Assembly (NCBI GenBank): GCA_010909165.1
Contig: MU008164.1
Span: forward strand, 1,984,001 to 2,048,000
Length of the DNA: 64,000 nt
Origin: Anthoceros angustus
Taxonomy: Eukaryota > Plantae > Anthocerotophyta
Reading direction: 5' to 3'
Shown here: positions 33,830 to 47,456 of the stretch, piece after piece
Layout of the letters: each line of letters starts with the position of its first letter
Numbering within the stretch: the stretch's first letter is position 1
Translations under genes and position numbers: made by a program
Notes under the pieces: generated by a model
Databases searched by the model: none
What the model saw: only the letters and a program-made list of their open reading frames with translations
Told to the model about the DNA's origin: nothing

Positions 33830-35890
33830 TTACCTCTCACAGGCCTCCTAGGCCTAGCCCCATGTTCTCCTCTTGCTCTCCTCCCTCTTGGCTGGTTGGG
33901 CAATCTCTCCCATAAAATCTCTACCTCCTCGGCTGGACTCCTCTCTCTCTTGTGCTCGCCGCATGATGCAGTACTCCTCCTCGGTGAGCTCTTGAATCTG
34001 GATGGGTCGGTGAGAGTTTCCTCCTTAAGAATCCAACCCATAGGTAGGATCCGGTGCCGTCAAGGCATGGATCAAGTACCTCCATGTCCCCCATGCCCAC
34101 AACAACATAAACTTTCGGAGACAATCTTCTCTCCAGCCAAGGAGAATCCGGGCACATGGTTATCTTGATAAGCATCCCTCAATCTAATGCACCATTGGGA
34201 AGTTAGACTTCTTAGGCGGTGCTTACCGCTCCCCACAGCTGTTGTCCTCCTCCAGTGTGTTGCCCCTTCTTCCTTGTTGTAGCTCGGTCTTGGAGCTGTT
34301 GCTCCCTTAGCAGTGCAGGTGTGCTTCCTTAGCGGCGGCGGTTGCTTAGCAACCTCCTCGGCTGTTGCTAACTCGACAGATTCTTCCATGGGAGGCTCCG
34401 CATCTTCCACGGTGGCTCTCCTTGCAATCACAGCCCTCTTGGCCTCTTTCCAACCTTTCCTTGCCTCGTCCCTCTCCTTCTTGTGGCGCCCGGCATCCAG
34501 TTTCGGCTGAACTTGCGCATCGAGATGACATTCTGCGGCTCCCCTATGGTGCTTTGTGCGTCCAGGCTGAACCATGAGGTTTCACGATCCTTGGTCTTCC
34601 GCAACTCTTCTCGGACCTTCCTTAATTCCGCTTCCATGCTACCTAGGCGTCCCTCAAGACCTCCTTCTCCTTCATTCCTGGAGCTCCTTCTCCCCTGTTG
34701 TTCCCCTGCGCTGTAAACCTAACAAAGAGGACGAGCTATCGGTCCTCCATCTCACCTAGTGCGTGCCATAGAGACCGGTTCTTGTAGGGTGATGTTAGGC
34801 CCCAAACCTCGGGATGGGTTCCCTCCTTCCTATCTGGCGCTCTCCCTGCGACCACTTGGGTATACTTGAGGTCACCCCTTGAGCAGTGGTGACTTTCTCG
34901 GGTCAGCTCGGCCGTGCCCAAGGTTGGGTGATTCCTCCTGTTGACTGTGGCTTCCCGGCCCTCTTGGCCTCTTTCCAACCTTTCCTTTGTCTGCTTGTCC
35001 GGGTGAGTTCCGGTCGTGCTCTTGTGGCTCTAGGAGTGGTTGGAGTCCCCTGTTGCTCGGCCGACCTCTCTTGGTGCTGTTGGGGTCTTAGCAACTCCGG
35101 TTGCTTTGTTAACCATGGTGATGCCTTAGCAATTGCCACATTCCTCTTCATGGACACTTCAGACTTCTCATCTTCACTCCCAGTGCCACTGGAGATGGCC
35201 TCTTCCTCGACTCCTCTTTGGGCTTCCTTCTTTCAAACACCGGCCTCCAGGCATGGAAGGCTGAGACCATCTCCATCCCCTCCAGCAACTTGGCATGGTC
35301 AAAAACGTGGATTAAGAAGGGAGATAGAGCTGAGGGACTGGGTGATGGTAGGGTCAAGTGGTCCCTCTCCCTGCACGCTGTGTCATAGAACATCCTGGCC
35401 CAATCTATCTTGGACCCTCTCACCACCTCATAGAAAGACAAGAAAATGGTCGACAATGTGCTCTAGCTTCTTAGTGAGTGAGAGCACAGGATCCACTGGC
35501 TAATCCATTTCGGGGTCTAACTTGTTGGTGACCCAGCCATTCTCCACCCTAGACAATGTGGGAGCAATGGCGACTTGTGCCTCCTGCGACTTTTGGGAGA
35601 TGGCTGAAAGGATCAATGATTATTCCACCACATTCCTCTTGAGCCTCTCATAGACACTGGAACAATGAATATTCCAGTGCGGGGTTGGTTCTCGTGTTGC
35701 CTTCCCTGTGGCCTTCTCCCTCATGTCTGCACATTCCCAAACCAATTAGGCTGTAGCACCACTTTTTGTCCATGAAGGACAAGTGATGCTTAGCCACCAA
35801 AGACCCGCCTTCACTCTCCGATTGCCCCATGTTGGGCCATTGGGCGATGGTAATGGCCTCAATGGCCACGGAGTGGTCTTCTTAGGCCAT
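33830..35890 (-). pseudogene. LTR(U3)-encoded ORF of family A, frameshifted in this assembly
   Basis: Reconstructed across frames and LTR copies: MAPKKTTPVAIEAI...YERPQEECGGIIIDPF...VENGWVTNKL...LTKKLEHIVDHFLVFL/YEVVRGSKIDWARMFYD...MEAELRKVREELRK. Also present from 57562 and 56615. Confidence 0.6.
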
Positions 35891-36180
35891 GCTTCACGAC
35901 AGTAGAGTTCACAGTAAGGTCCGGCTGCGATACCACCACAGCACTTCCCCACTTCAAGATTCTGTCCCCTTTGTTAGTCGGCTCCCGACTTTCGAAATTT
36001 CCGCTTAGCTCGGCTTGTTGGAGGATCCCCTCTCTTTCGGCCCAACTTCACGATGGCGGGTGCCCCGCCTGATTCACTCCGATTTGGGAAGCGCCATCAC
36101 TCAATTTATTGATTCACCTATCTTCGGCCGTTTTACGTGTCCGACTTGACCCGGCACCCTCGATTGAAACCCGTTCTTAT

Positions 36181-36565
36181 CCTCCGCCTCCGCCTCCGCC
36201 TCCGCCTCCGCCTCCGCCTCCGCCTCGCTCGGCTTGAGGTGTACCTGCGCTTGAGGTGTATCCTGCAACCAGTTGAGCGGTGACCCCTGTGCGCTTTGTC
36301 TTGCCCTTGTCCGCGACCTCCCAGTGCGTGCGACGCCTGCCCGTGCACTTCCCTTTCCTTGCGCATTCCTCGGCCCCCCTCCTATCGCCGCTCTCCTTAG
36401 CTCCTTGCGGCACGGCGCGCCACACGCCGCCTTCTCCGGAGCTCGGCCCGATTACTCCCACCCGCCATTGGGGCGGTCGCGCGCGCCTTGCCGATTGCCC
36501 CGCCACGCTCCGAGCTTGAGGTGTGGCCTTCTCCGCCTCCGCCTCCGCCTCCGCCTCCGCCTCCA
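36181..36565 (+). repeat. (CCGCCT)n hexamer tracts in the LTR (36181-36226, 36533-36565)
   Basis: Directly visible. Confidence 0.9.
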
Positions 36566-37088
36566 CCGCTTCTCCGCCTCATCCGCCGCATCCGCCCGGA
36601 CTGCCATCCCATCGGCCCTCTCGAGTGCGCTCGTCGCTCGCCTTCCGTGTCATTGCCTTGTGTCCTCCCTCGTCCCCGGTCACGCTCCGAGCTTGAGGTG
36701 TGGCGCGCCTTGATTCTGCAAATATTCCTTGTCCTTCCGGACTTAATTTAAATAGGACCCCGTTACTTCCGTTGGTATTTCCAATGATTTCGCTCAATTA
36801 GGTTTTCCAGTTTATCGGAAAATAACTCCGACTTGGTTGCTACCATAGCAGGCTCCGTCGGTTCTTTGTCATATAGCAGTCCTGTCGGCCTAGCACAGCG
36901 TTAGCAAGCCGGCAACCCTCAAGGTTACATCCGGGATCGGGACTAGACTCTCTTCCTCCTACTAGGCTCTAGTAGACTTTTCTTATTTCCTAACCTACTT
37001 CACATTCCAACTCCACACGATTCTCACAACTTAAACACAAAACAAAAAACACTCCTTTTAGAAGTCGAGTACCCATGTGGTCACCACA

Positions 37089-37100
37089 TACTCCCTTCTC
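37089..37100 (-). other. Polypurine tract
   Basis: Minus-strand gagaagggagta immediately precedes the LTR start TGTGGTGA. Confidence 0.7.
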
Positions 37101-37109
37101 ATTTGTTGG

Positions 37110-39947
37110 CGTCCCGCCAACTTATTAATACTTCTTCACGCCAACCATTGACCGGTTGTAGCGAGAATCCATCAAGTTCTGCTGTATGGATCCATTGTCG
37201 AACACTTGCGGCACCACAGCAGGACCCATCCATCTAAGATGCACTTCGAAGTGCATGTACTGTATCATCTGACAGCAAGTCCCGGAACAACGTACTCTTG
37301 TTTTTGCGACTTAGGTCATGCCATTCCTTCCTCTTCTCTTGGGCGTTACAGGGCGCCAAGGCTTGTTCCTACTCTCCATGTGCTGAACAAAGCCTATGAG
37401 CCTCTCCAATGGCTCTCCTCCACCGTCATCCTCTTATGCTCTTGGACTCTCAAGCGTTGGCACTTCAAACTCAATGGGCATGGTGGTGAATGCCCATAGG
37501 TGAGGTAGTAGGGAGTCTATTGTGTGGTCACCTTCTCCGCTGTCCTATACGCCCACAACGCTGAGTGAAGCTTCCGGTCCCAATCGTAAGTGTAAGTGAT
37601 GGTTAACTTGTTAAGGATCCTACAAAGCAACCCATTAGCTTTCTCCGTGAGTCCATTCGCCTTGGGGTTGTAGGGGGTGGTCTTCCTGTGGCTGATGTTG
37701 AAATACTTGACCATGTGTGAGATCACCTCGTTGATGAAATGGGTACCCACAGCTAACCAACTCCAGGCACCGTACCTTGTGATGATATGCTCAAACAAGA
37801 ACACAGCCACCACATTTCTGTGTCCACGGGCAAGGCTTGAGCTTCCACCATGCGGTGTGGTCCGTTGCTACGAGAATATATTGGTTGGCTCCCTTGGTCT
37901 TGGGGTTGAATCGGCAGTCAATCCCCACTTCTCAAAGGCGCCAAGGCTAGGATAGGGACCAATGGCCCCTTTGTGTGGTCTGGTTGGCTTCAACCCTTTG
38001 ACATGCATCATGGCAGCTTGATGAACTCCCTAGCATCAGCATGCAAGGTTGGCCACCAATACCCTGCCTCCAAGATCTTCTTACAGGTCACGTTGGCAGC
38101 GTAGTGACCTCCAGCCTCCTCCTCATGCAAGGCGCTGAGAACCCGGTCCTTTTGACCATCCTTGACCCACAACCTCTCAACTCCATCTGGCCCTACCCTG
38201 TACAGCTTGTCCCCGCGCTTAACAACAGGTCTGGAGAAGTATAGGAACAACCTCTGTTCTTTGTTGTAGCAGTATCGACCCGTTGCTAAAAGCGAAAGAC
38301 CTCCTCATAGGCTGGCACCAAACTTCTCCCTCCCTTCTCATTTGGCTGTACCTCCGTTTCCATCAACTTGGCATTGGGCCTAGCACTCTCCTCATCCTCC
38401 TCCAACAAAAGCTTCATCCGGAAAATGATCTTCTTGATCATGCTCCACCTTCTCCGTCTTCAAGCGAGACAAGTAGTCGCGTTCACATGCTTCCTCCCTC
38501 ACGTGTCTCCACCGTGAAGGTGAACTCTTACCTTGAAGATCCAGCGAGCTATCACGGCCGGATAGGTCCGCCTTGTTGACAAGATGCTTGAGAGCAAAAT
38601 GGTCAACATGAAACACAAACTCATAGGAGAGGAGATAATGGAAACTTTCTTCGAATACACCATGCCAAGGGCTTCCCTTTCGATTGTTGTGTACTTGCGC
38701 TCCGCATCGGTGAGTTGCCGTCCAGCGTAGTAGATCGGGTAGTCTCTCTTCTTGTTATCCCGCTGGCTCAAGATTGTACCAATGGCGAAGGCGGAAACAT
38801 CCACGTAAATATGAAACTTCTTGCTCCAATCCGGTCCCTTGAGGGTTGGGGCTGTTACCAACGTGGTCCTCAAATCTTGAAATGCTGCCTCCCTCTCTGT
38901 CCAGTCCCACTCTTGGTCCTTCCTCAACAAGCTGGTCGTGAGCAGCCCTCCTAGCAAAGTTAGGCACAAAGCGTAGTAGCCCACCATGCCAAGGAACCCC
39001 GGAGTTCCTTGAGAGTTGTTGGCTTCGGGCAACAATCATCTTCACCTTATGCGGATCAACTTGATGCCCGTCTTTGAAATTGCACAACAAAATCCCCTCC
39101 GCATGCCAAAGTAGCATTTCTCGGGATGTAGGCAAAGTTGAGTTTCACGACACCTCGCCAAGCACCGCCAAGTGATCCGGTGCTCCTCCACACTCCCAAA
39201 CACACAAAATCATCTAGGAATACCTCCATGAACTTGTGGAGATACTCCTTGAAGATCTCAACCATGCTCGCATGAAGGAACCGGCGCTCCGTCAATCGAG
39301 CACTTCTCTTGTGAAGGTCCCCAATCCGTTGTGAAGGCTGTTAGAGGTCACTCTCCCTCAAGTGCGGTGATTGTACCCAGTACGTCAAGAGCAGTACACA
39401 TCTTCCGACCACCAAATCCGAGGATGTTGTCGATGAATGGCGGAAAATGGTCCTTCTTGGTTGCTTTGTTGAGCTTCCTCCAATCTTGGCATACTCGAAT
39501 CTTTCCGGTACCTTCTTGAACCACAACGATCGGAGCCACCCACTCCGTGTTGACGATTGGATAGATGGCGTCGCCTTCAAGTACAATTCAATGCTCCTTC
39601 ACCTTGATGAGTACTTTGGGTTCAGCTTGTATTGGGAATTCGCGAGTCGCTCCACGGCTCCAAATCGATCCTATGCTCCCCACTTCTTGGGAATCCCTTC
39701 ATATCATCACCTCGAAGGCAAACACGTCGATGAACTCGAGGCTGCTGTTCCTTCTTCCAACTTCTGGTTCCGGTATCGTGCAAACTTGACACCTTCGGGC
39801 AATACCTCCACATCCTTAATCTATCCTTGTACCCATTCTCGCTCCACGGGTGCTGAACTCTCACCAAACCCTTCCTCCGGTTCACGAGGTCCTCTTCCCT
39901 CATCCCCACTCCTAAATAGGTCCTCAGTGAATCGAATATGGCTCAGC
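37110..39947 (-). pseudogene. Gypsy pol: reverse transcriptase, RNase H and integrase (frameshifted)
   Basis: RT: IRVCQDWRKLNKATKKDHFP and FMEVFLDDF. RNase H: FHIYVDVSAFAIGTILSQ...YTTIEREALGMVY. Integrase: LHEEEAGGHYA...GYWWPTL, GTHFIN, TPYNPKANGLTE and ALWAYRT. Confidence 0.9.
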
Positions 39948-42900
39948 CGTAGCGCGTCTTTCGATGGCGGTAAGGCGCGCAATCCGTGTCGTTGTAGGAA
40001 GAAATCCGTTCCCAAGGAATGATAGGCTCCGTTTACGCGTTTGGTGATTCCTACCCGCGCGCTCGTTCACTCAACACACATACTCTAACTATCGCGTTCA
40101 CCGTCTGCCGGTATGGCCAAGCGTTTGAGACCCGTTCGCGTCGTATCGTTCACATCCGTCCCTCACACATCCGGTCCTTTCCTCTCTCCCTCACGCTACA
40201 CTCCTCGGTCTTAGAAAAAAGCGCGGGTTACGATCAGGACCTCCTCGTCGTTCGCGGGCCTCTCCGTCCGGGCTCTGCCGCCCTCCGGAGTTCCTCGGCT
40301 CACCGTTCGGTCCGTTCGGTCTTGGGCGCGGCTCGGGCGAGCCGTCAGATCACCCTTCCACACGCACACACCACAGCGTTAGGTCGTCACGGGACCTTGA
40401 TCAATCTCCCGGGCGCCATTGCACCTTTCGGTGACTCGGGACTCACGTTAGCAAGAAGACACACAAAGGTGCGCAGAGCGGCATCAACACCAAGAAGATG
40501 ATTTATTGGGCCTTGGCCCTCTTATACTCGCGAAGGTCGGCGCCTTTATTACCTCTATTACGGGGGGCGGCATTTCGGGTACCTAACCAGCCGCCTACTA
40601 CCACCTATTCCACCTATCGCGCCGTCGGTGGTGGGGTGGATAGCCTCATTCCTTCTTGGCAGCCTGTCATGCAGGCGCGCAATCGGATGATCGCGGTAGA
40701 CCCTTCCTCTTCAGTGCAGCTGCGCCACCGTGGCGGCGACAGCGATCACCACCAAGTCTTCCTCGTCCTCCCTCTTCTCTCTCGGCGGGCCCCTGATGGG
40801 CCCTCAAGGGTTGGATCTGCTGGGGTTGGTGGTGGTGGCTCTCCCCACTCCCGAGTTTGGACCTCGGGACCTGTCTCGACTCGGTCCGGACCTCTAGGTC
40901 AGTCTTCCCTCAGTCCGGTCTCCTGGCCCGGCCTTCTTTGAGTCAGGTCCTCGGGGGGGTGGCCCTGGTCGGTCTTGGACCCAACCCTTCCACAGGGTCG
41001 GACCTCGGGGCGGACTCGTCACTAGAGTCTGGATCCCTAAGTCCAGACTTCCTTCTGGGGGCCGGACCTCGGGGTCCGGCCCTTCCTCGGGAGTCCGGAC
41101 AAAGTCCGGACCCTCAGGCTCCTGGGCATGCCTCCTCGCCGGGCTAGCCACGGGTTCATCCACTGAGCCCTCCCTTGGTTCCCGAATGCCCGGTTGCCCC
41201 CTTTCCCCTTCAAGATCCTCCCCTCGTCCTTCCATGCGAGGGTCGAAACTTACCTCGGTGTGGCGCCCTTCCTCCTCCGGTTCCTCCAGCTGCTCTCCTT
41301 GGCGCTGCTGCTGCGTCGTGCGCTCCTAGGACTCCAGCGGTTGTCTTGTCCCGGGTCCGTCCTCCTCGCTCCTCCTTGGTCCCTTGAGTCCACCCTCCTG
41401 CCTGGGGTGGCGCGGGACCTCGAGCCTTGAGGAGCTCTGCGTGGTAGTAGCGGTCGGAATCGACTTCTGAATCGCCTCCTCCACATGAGCCGGGCACCGG
41501 TACTCCCTCCTCCAAGGTGCTCGTGGCAGGCGGATCGCCACTTTCTTGGCTGTCTCCGTGGCCAAGCTCACGGTATGTGGTAGGCGGACTCCCTTGAGGC
41601 CGTCAAGGCTGCCTCAGTTACCTCTTGCAACCTTGCTGCTGCTCGGCGTTCTCCTCCTCCGTTGTTGCTTGACTCCGCCATTTCGGGCCATGGGTGAGCT
41701 CTCCTTCCTGGCCGGACGAGCTGTATCCTCCGATTGCCTTCCTCCTTCTTCTATTCTTTCCGGAGGTCCTCCACTTCCTTCTCAGGCGGGCGGTATCCCG
41801 TCAGGCTCACGGCTTCCGCCACGTCCTGCGCAACTTGGCGGCGTCGAACTCCTTGCCCGCTGTTCTCCTCCGTCTTCAAGCGGGCTGGGCGTTCCACCTC
41901 TCGCTCGAAGTCTTGGATTCTCTCGTTGAGAACCCCTGCTGCTCCGTCATCTTGGGTTGCAACTCCAAAGTGTCCTTGTTGTCCTCCGGCTCCACTCGCC
42001 CTTCTACCTCCTGCAGGTCCCCAATCTCCCGGGTCTTGGCCTCAGCGCCTCCTCACGGCTCAAGTGCTTGCTCCATGACCACTTGCTCGGCCTTGATTGG
42101 CGCGGCTCTCTCGGCCGCCTCTCCACGGTTCGATCAGAGTGGTGATCGCGATCGGCCCTGGCCTCCGCCTCCTTGGCCACCTTCACTGAGCCTCTCCGGC
42201 TTGGCTCTGGTCGGTCAGGCTGCCTCACGAGATCCGCGCCCGTTCGCTTGCCGGGCGTCCTCGCTTCTGCTGCGCTCGCTCTGCTGCGGAGGTCCTCCGC
42301 CGCTTGGGCCTCCTTGGCTGCTCGGCGTTCTCCTCCTCCCGTTGTTGCTTGACTCTTGATTTCACGGGCCATGGGTGAGCTCCTTACCTTCCTGGCCGGA
42401 CGAGCAGCTGTACCTTTCCTCGATTGCCTTTCCCTTCTTCTATTCTTTCCGGAGGTCCTCCACTTCCTTCTCAGGCGGGCGGTATCCCGTCAGGCTCACC
42501 CCGCCCGCCTGCTGCGCAACTGCGGCGTCGAACTCCTTGCCGCCGCTTTGTTCTCCTCCGTCTTCAAGCGGGCTGGGCGTTCCACCTCTCGCTCGAAGTC
42601 TTGGATTCTCTCGTTGAGAACCCCTGCTGCTCCGTCATCTTGGGTTGCAACTCCAAAGGTGTGTTGTCCTCCGGCTCACGCCTCGCCCTTCTACCTCCTG
42701 CACCACAGGGTCCCCAATCTCCCGGGTCTTGGCCTCAGCCTCCTCACGGCTCGGCCGTGCCTCCCTTGACCACTTGCTCGGCCTTGATTGGCGGCTCTCT
42801 CGGCCGCCTCTCTCCACCGGTTCGATCACATGGTGATCGCGATCGGCCGCCCGTGGCCTCCGCCTCCTTGGCCACCTTCACAGCCTCTCCGGCTTGGCTC

Positions 42901-45900
42901 TGGTCGGTCAGGCTGCCTCGCGAGATCCGCGCCCGTTCGCTTGCGCCCGGGCGTCCTCCTTCTGCTGCGCTCGCCCCTCACTGCGAGGTCCTCCGCCCAG
43001 GCCTCCTTGGCTGCCAGTTCCTCGGTGAAGGAATTTGTCCGGTCCTTGCGGATGGACCAAACCTCCCTCTCCGCCTCCCGTTGTTGCTTGACTCACCATT
43101 TCGGGCCATGGGTGAGCTCTACCTTCCTGGCCGGACGAGCTGTACCTTTCCTCCGGTGCCTTCCTCCCTTCTTCTATTCTTTCCGGAGGTCCTCCACTTC
43201 CTTCTCCAGGCGGGCGGTATCCCGTCAGGCTCACGGCTTCCGCCACGTCCTGCGCAACTGGCGTCGAACTCCTTGCCGCTGTTCTCCTCCGTCTTCAAGC
43301 GGGCTGGGCGTTCCACCTCTCGCTCGAAGTCTTGGATTCTCGTTGAGAACCCCTGCTGCTCCGTCATCTTGGGTTGCAACTCCAAGGTGTCCTTGTTGTC
43401 CTCCGGCTCCTGCCCTTCTACCTCCTGCAGTGCACCACAGGGTCCCCAATCTCCCGGGTCTTGGCCTCAGCGCCTCCTCACGGCTCGGCCGTGCTTGCTC
43501 CATGACCACTTGCTCGGCCTTGATTGGCGGCTCTCTCGGCCGCCTCTCCACGGTTCGATCACGCCGATGGTGATCGCGATCGGCCGCCGTGGCCTCCGCC
43601 TCCTTGGCCACCTTCACAGCCTCTCCGGCTTGGCTCTGGTCGGTCAGGCTGCCTCAGATCCGCCCGTTCGCTTGCGCCCGGGCGTCCTCGCTTCTGCTGC
43701 GCTCGCCCCTCACTGCGAGGTCCTCCGCCGCTTGGGCCTCCTTGGCACCTTATTCCTCCGGTGAAGGAATTTAGTCGGTCCTTGCGGATGGACCAAACCT
43801 CCCTCTCCGCCTCCCGGCGTTTTCCTTCCTCAATCCTGAGAGCTTGGCCTTCCTTCTCGCCTCTGGGCTCCCTCCAGCTGCTCACGGAGGAGCACCATGC
43901 GCCTCGGGTGGCTTCCACCTCTGGGCCTTCTCGGCCATCCCGAGACCCAGGCATACCGTCCATGGCGGTGGCAGGACCGCCGTGTTTCCTCCACGGCCTG
44001 AGTGAGGCTCCCACAAAGTCCGTTGCGGGCCGGCATCTCCGTCCGTCAGGACCTCCATACGCGATCGGAGCAAGTCGGGGGGTTCTCGGACAATCGGGAC
44101 CCTTAGGTCACGAGTCTTTGGCTCGGGCTTCCCCTCCTTGGCCCTTTTGGCGCGAGCTCCTTCTCGCCCTTTTCTCCACAGGGCTCGGCGGAGGTGATGG
44201 AGTCAGGGAGCCGCCCTTTGCCCCTTCACAGCCGGCAGGACCCGGCTCTGGATCGCTGCTGCGGTGTCCTCCGCTCCACAGGCGGCGTCCCCCCTCCTTC
44301 ACTTCCTCACTTCTTGCCACTCCGTCGGCGGGGAAGAATCTTGGCCGGCCCAGGGGTCGTTGGTAGCCGTGGTCTTGCGTTTCTTGGCTCTCTCACAGTG
44401 GCGGGGCTCCTCGGTAGGAGTGATGGCCGATGTGTGGGGCAGCTTCTGCTGCGCTCGCCCCTGCGAGGTCCTCCGCCGCTTGGGCCTCCTTGGCACTTCT
44501 TTATTCCTCGGTGAAGGAATTTAGTCATCCTTGCGGATGGACCAAACCTCCCTCTCCGCCTCCGGCGTTTTCCTTCCTCAATCTTGGCCTTCCTTCTCGC
44601 CTCTGGGCTCCCTCCAGCTCTGGAGGCACCATGCGCCTCGGGTGGCTTCCACCTCCACAGGCCTTCTCGGCCATCCCTTGAGACCCAGGCATACCGTCCA
44701 TGGCGGTGGCAGGACCGCCGTGTTTCCTCCACGGCTGATGAGGCTCCCACAAAGTCCGTTGCGGGCCGGCATCTCCGTCCGTCAGGACCTCCATCAGATC
44801 GAGCAAGTCGGTGGGTTCTCGGACAATCGGGACCCTTGGGTCACGAGTCTTTGGCTCGGGCTTCCCCTCCTTGGCCCTTTTGGCGCGAGCTCCTTCTCGC
44901 CCTTTTCTCACAGGGCTCGGCGGTGATGGAGTCAGGGAGCACGCCCTTTGCCCCTTCGGCGGCAGGACCCGGCTCTGGATCTGGTGCGTGTCCTCCGCTC
45001 CACAGGCGGCGTCCTTTACGCCCTCCTTCTTCCTCGCTTCTTGCCACTCCGTCGGCGGGGAAGAGGTCTTGGCAGGGTGCCGTTGGTGGCCGTGGTCTTG
45101 CGTTTCTTGGCTCTCTCACAGTCAGCGGGGCTCCTCGGTAGGAGTGATGGCGGTGGCGGGCTGGGGGCAGGCTTCTTGGTGGGCATTACGGTTGGGGCAC
45201 GGAAGGAGGAGGCGGGGTGCTTCCCATACTTCCACAGGTGGTGAGGGTCCGTTCAGTATGAGTCAGGAATCCTCGATCATCCTCCTCCAGTCCGTTTGGT
45301 TTTGTCGACCGGCCTCCCCTCGGCGCCCTTGCCGCTCCACTTGGGAGGCCTCGGTCCTTCGGGCGCTCGCTCAAGCTCTCCTTCCGAGGGGTTGAAATGC
45401 CCCCATACATGGATCGGTATGGGGCGGCCCAGATGGCGAGGCTTCTCGCTCCACAGGCGGCGTCCTTTACGCCCTCCCCTCTTCCTCCTTCTTGCCACTC
45501 CGTCGGCGGGGAAGAGTCGGGGTACCGTGTTGGTAGCCGTGGTCTTGCGTTTCTTGGCTCTCTCACAGTGCAGCGGGGCTCCTCGTAGGAGTGATGGCCG
45601 GTGGGGGGGCCGCCTTCTGGTGGGCAGTTGGGGCACGGAAGGAGGAGGCGGGGTGCTTCCCATACTTCCACAGGTGGTGAGGGTCCGCTCAGTATGAGTC
45701 AGGAATCCTCGATCATCCTCCTCCAGTCCGTTTGGTTTTGTCGACCGGCCTCCCCCTCGGCGCCCTTGCCGCTCCACTTGGGAGGCCTCGGTCCTTCGGG
45801 CGCTCGCTCAAGCTCTCCTTCCGAGGGGTTGAAATGCCCCCATACATGGATCGGTATGGGGCGGCCCAGATGGCGAGGCTTCTCGCTCCACAGGCGGCGT

Positions 45901-47456
45901 CCTTACGCCCTCCTTCTTCCTCCTTGCCACTCCGTCGGCGGGGAAGAGTCGGGGTACCGTGTTGGTAGCCGTGGTCTTGCGTTTCTTGGCTCTCTCACAG
46001 TGCAGCGGGGCTCCTCGTAGGAGTGATGGCCGGTGGGGGGGCCGCCTTCTGGTGGGCAGTTGGGGCACGGAAGGAGGAGGCGGGGTGCTTCCCATACTTC
46101 CACAGGTGGTGAGGGTCCGCTCGGGCGTATGGAGTCAGGAATCCTCATCATCCTCCTCCCGTTTGGTTTTGTAGGCCTCCTCCCCTCGGCGCCCTTGCGC
46201 TCCACTTGGGAGGCCTCAGTCCTTCGGGCGCTCGCTCAAGCTCTCCTTCCACGAGGGGTTGAAATGCCCCCATACATGGATCGGTATGGGGCGGCCCAGA
46301 TGGCGAGGCTTCGCTCCTGAGCTTGCGAGCTTCACAGCTAGGCGAAGATAATCCTTCCCAGTCCGCCCTCTTCCCCGGCGCAGCGCGTGCGGGAACACTA
46401 ATAGATTATCACCAAGGTGATCCACCTTGGTAGTAGGTTCGATGGGCGATGATCGGGCCACCACGACTCGGTCCAGCGGTCGGATATCGACCAACGTTGG
46501 TGGTCGTTCGTCGAGCCTTAGCACTGGTGGACCTATCTTCCCCTTCGCCTTGAGGGCTCGGCACCCTCCCCCTCTTCCTCCTTGGGGCGGTTGTAGGCCG
46601 CCTTGGGACCTCAAGGTCCATCGCCTTGGGTCCTCTCGGAGGTTCTTGGACCGCACCTCCTTGTTGACCGCCGGCATCTTGGGCAAACTCCGGACGGTGT
46701 GTTGTCAAAGGTCAGACCATTTGGAACACGTCCAAATGCCACTCCTGCACCAATTCCCCGCTTCACTGGGCGGCCCAAAGTCCGGATAGCGCGGGTCACA
46801 ATGTTGCGCTCCACAAGGTTCCATGGCTCCCAAACTTCGCGGGCTTTTGGGTGCCATCGCCTTCTTCTCCCTTGGTTCTTTGCGCCGCTTGGCCGAAGGC
46901 TGGCACGTTGAGCCTCTTCGCGCGTTCGCTTCTCAGGCCTCAGCGGTGAGCGCGCGAGGCGTCAGTGTCCCGAGATACCGGAGCGGTTGCGGGCGCGAGA
47001 TCGCGGTGTCTCGAGGCCGCTGAAATGACCTTCTTCGCGACCACGCCGAATGGACGGGCGGGCGCCTCTTCCTGTAGCGAGTGCATGGCTTACTCTGGCG
47101 CTCTGACCATACTCGGCCTTACTCCGCGCCGCCCAGCGTGTGAATACCCCTATAACGGCCTCTGGCAGGTTACGGTCGACCGCTGCATGCCGTCCTCCAC
47201 TCGGGGTCGTCCGTGGATCGTCCTTACGCTCCAACTTCTAAGTTACCTTCCTGGCGTACTTATCACCTGGTCACAGGTGGGTCGGTCTTACCCGTCGCCG
47301 CCATCGTAGGTCTAATCGTTCCTCACTCCGGTCGAGTATACTCGGTGCCGTCGAGTGCTAGCAGGGCTTATTTCCTCCTTTTAGCCTCGTTCTATCCTTG
47401 CTCCCACACAAAAACAAAATCCTACCTAATTTCTAACCCCGAAGTCCGTAGTCCAC
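39948..47456 (-). mobile_element. Inner giant solo LTR (family B) inserted in the Gypsy pol between protease and RT (~4.4 kb de-duplicated)
   Basis: The left end cgtagcgcgtctttcg...ccgttcccaaggaatgat matches 27802 onward. The right end acacaaaaacaaaa...gtccac matches the 60513 end. Host pol continues on both sides. No clean TSD. Confidence 0.72.
40620..46857 (-). pseudogene. LTR(U3)-encoded ORF of family B (inner copy), frameshifted and internally duplicated
   Basis: MAPK start at 46857, then NLREDPRRWT and TKVDHLGDNLLVFPHALRRG, followed by Pro-rich and E/R/A-rich coiled-coil-like segments. Confidence 0.6.

Larger units (their letters stand above)
28821..37088 (-). repeat. 3' LTR of the family A Gypsy (~4.7 kb after collapsing internal duplications)
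   Basis: Starts TGTGG (28821, duplicated at 29817) and ends ...tcaccACA (37088). Colinear with 53159-58079. Confidence 0.82.

Noticed and set aside
41694-46320. Many long + strand ORFs (e.g. 42424-43764, 446 aa)
   Set aside because: GC-rich antisense shadows of the duplicated minus-strand LTR ORF.
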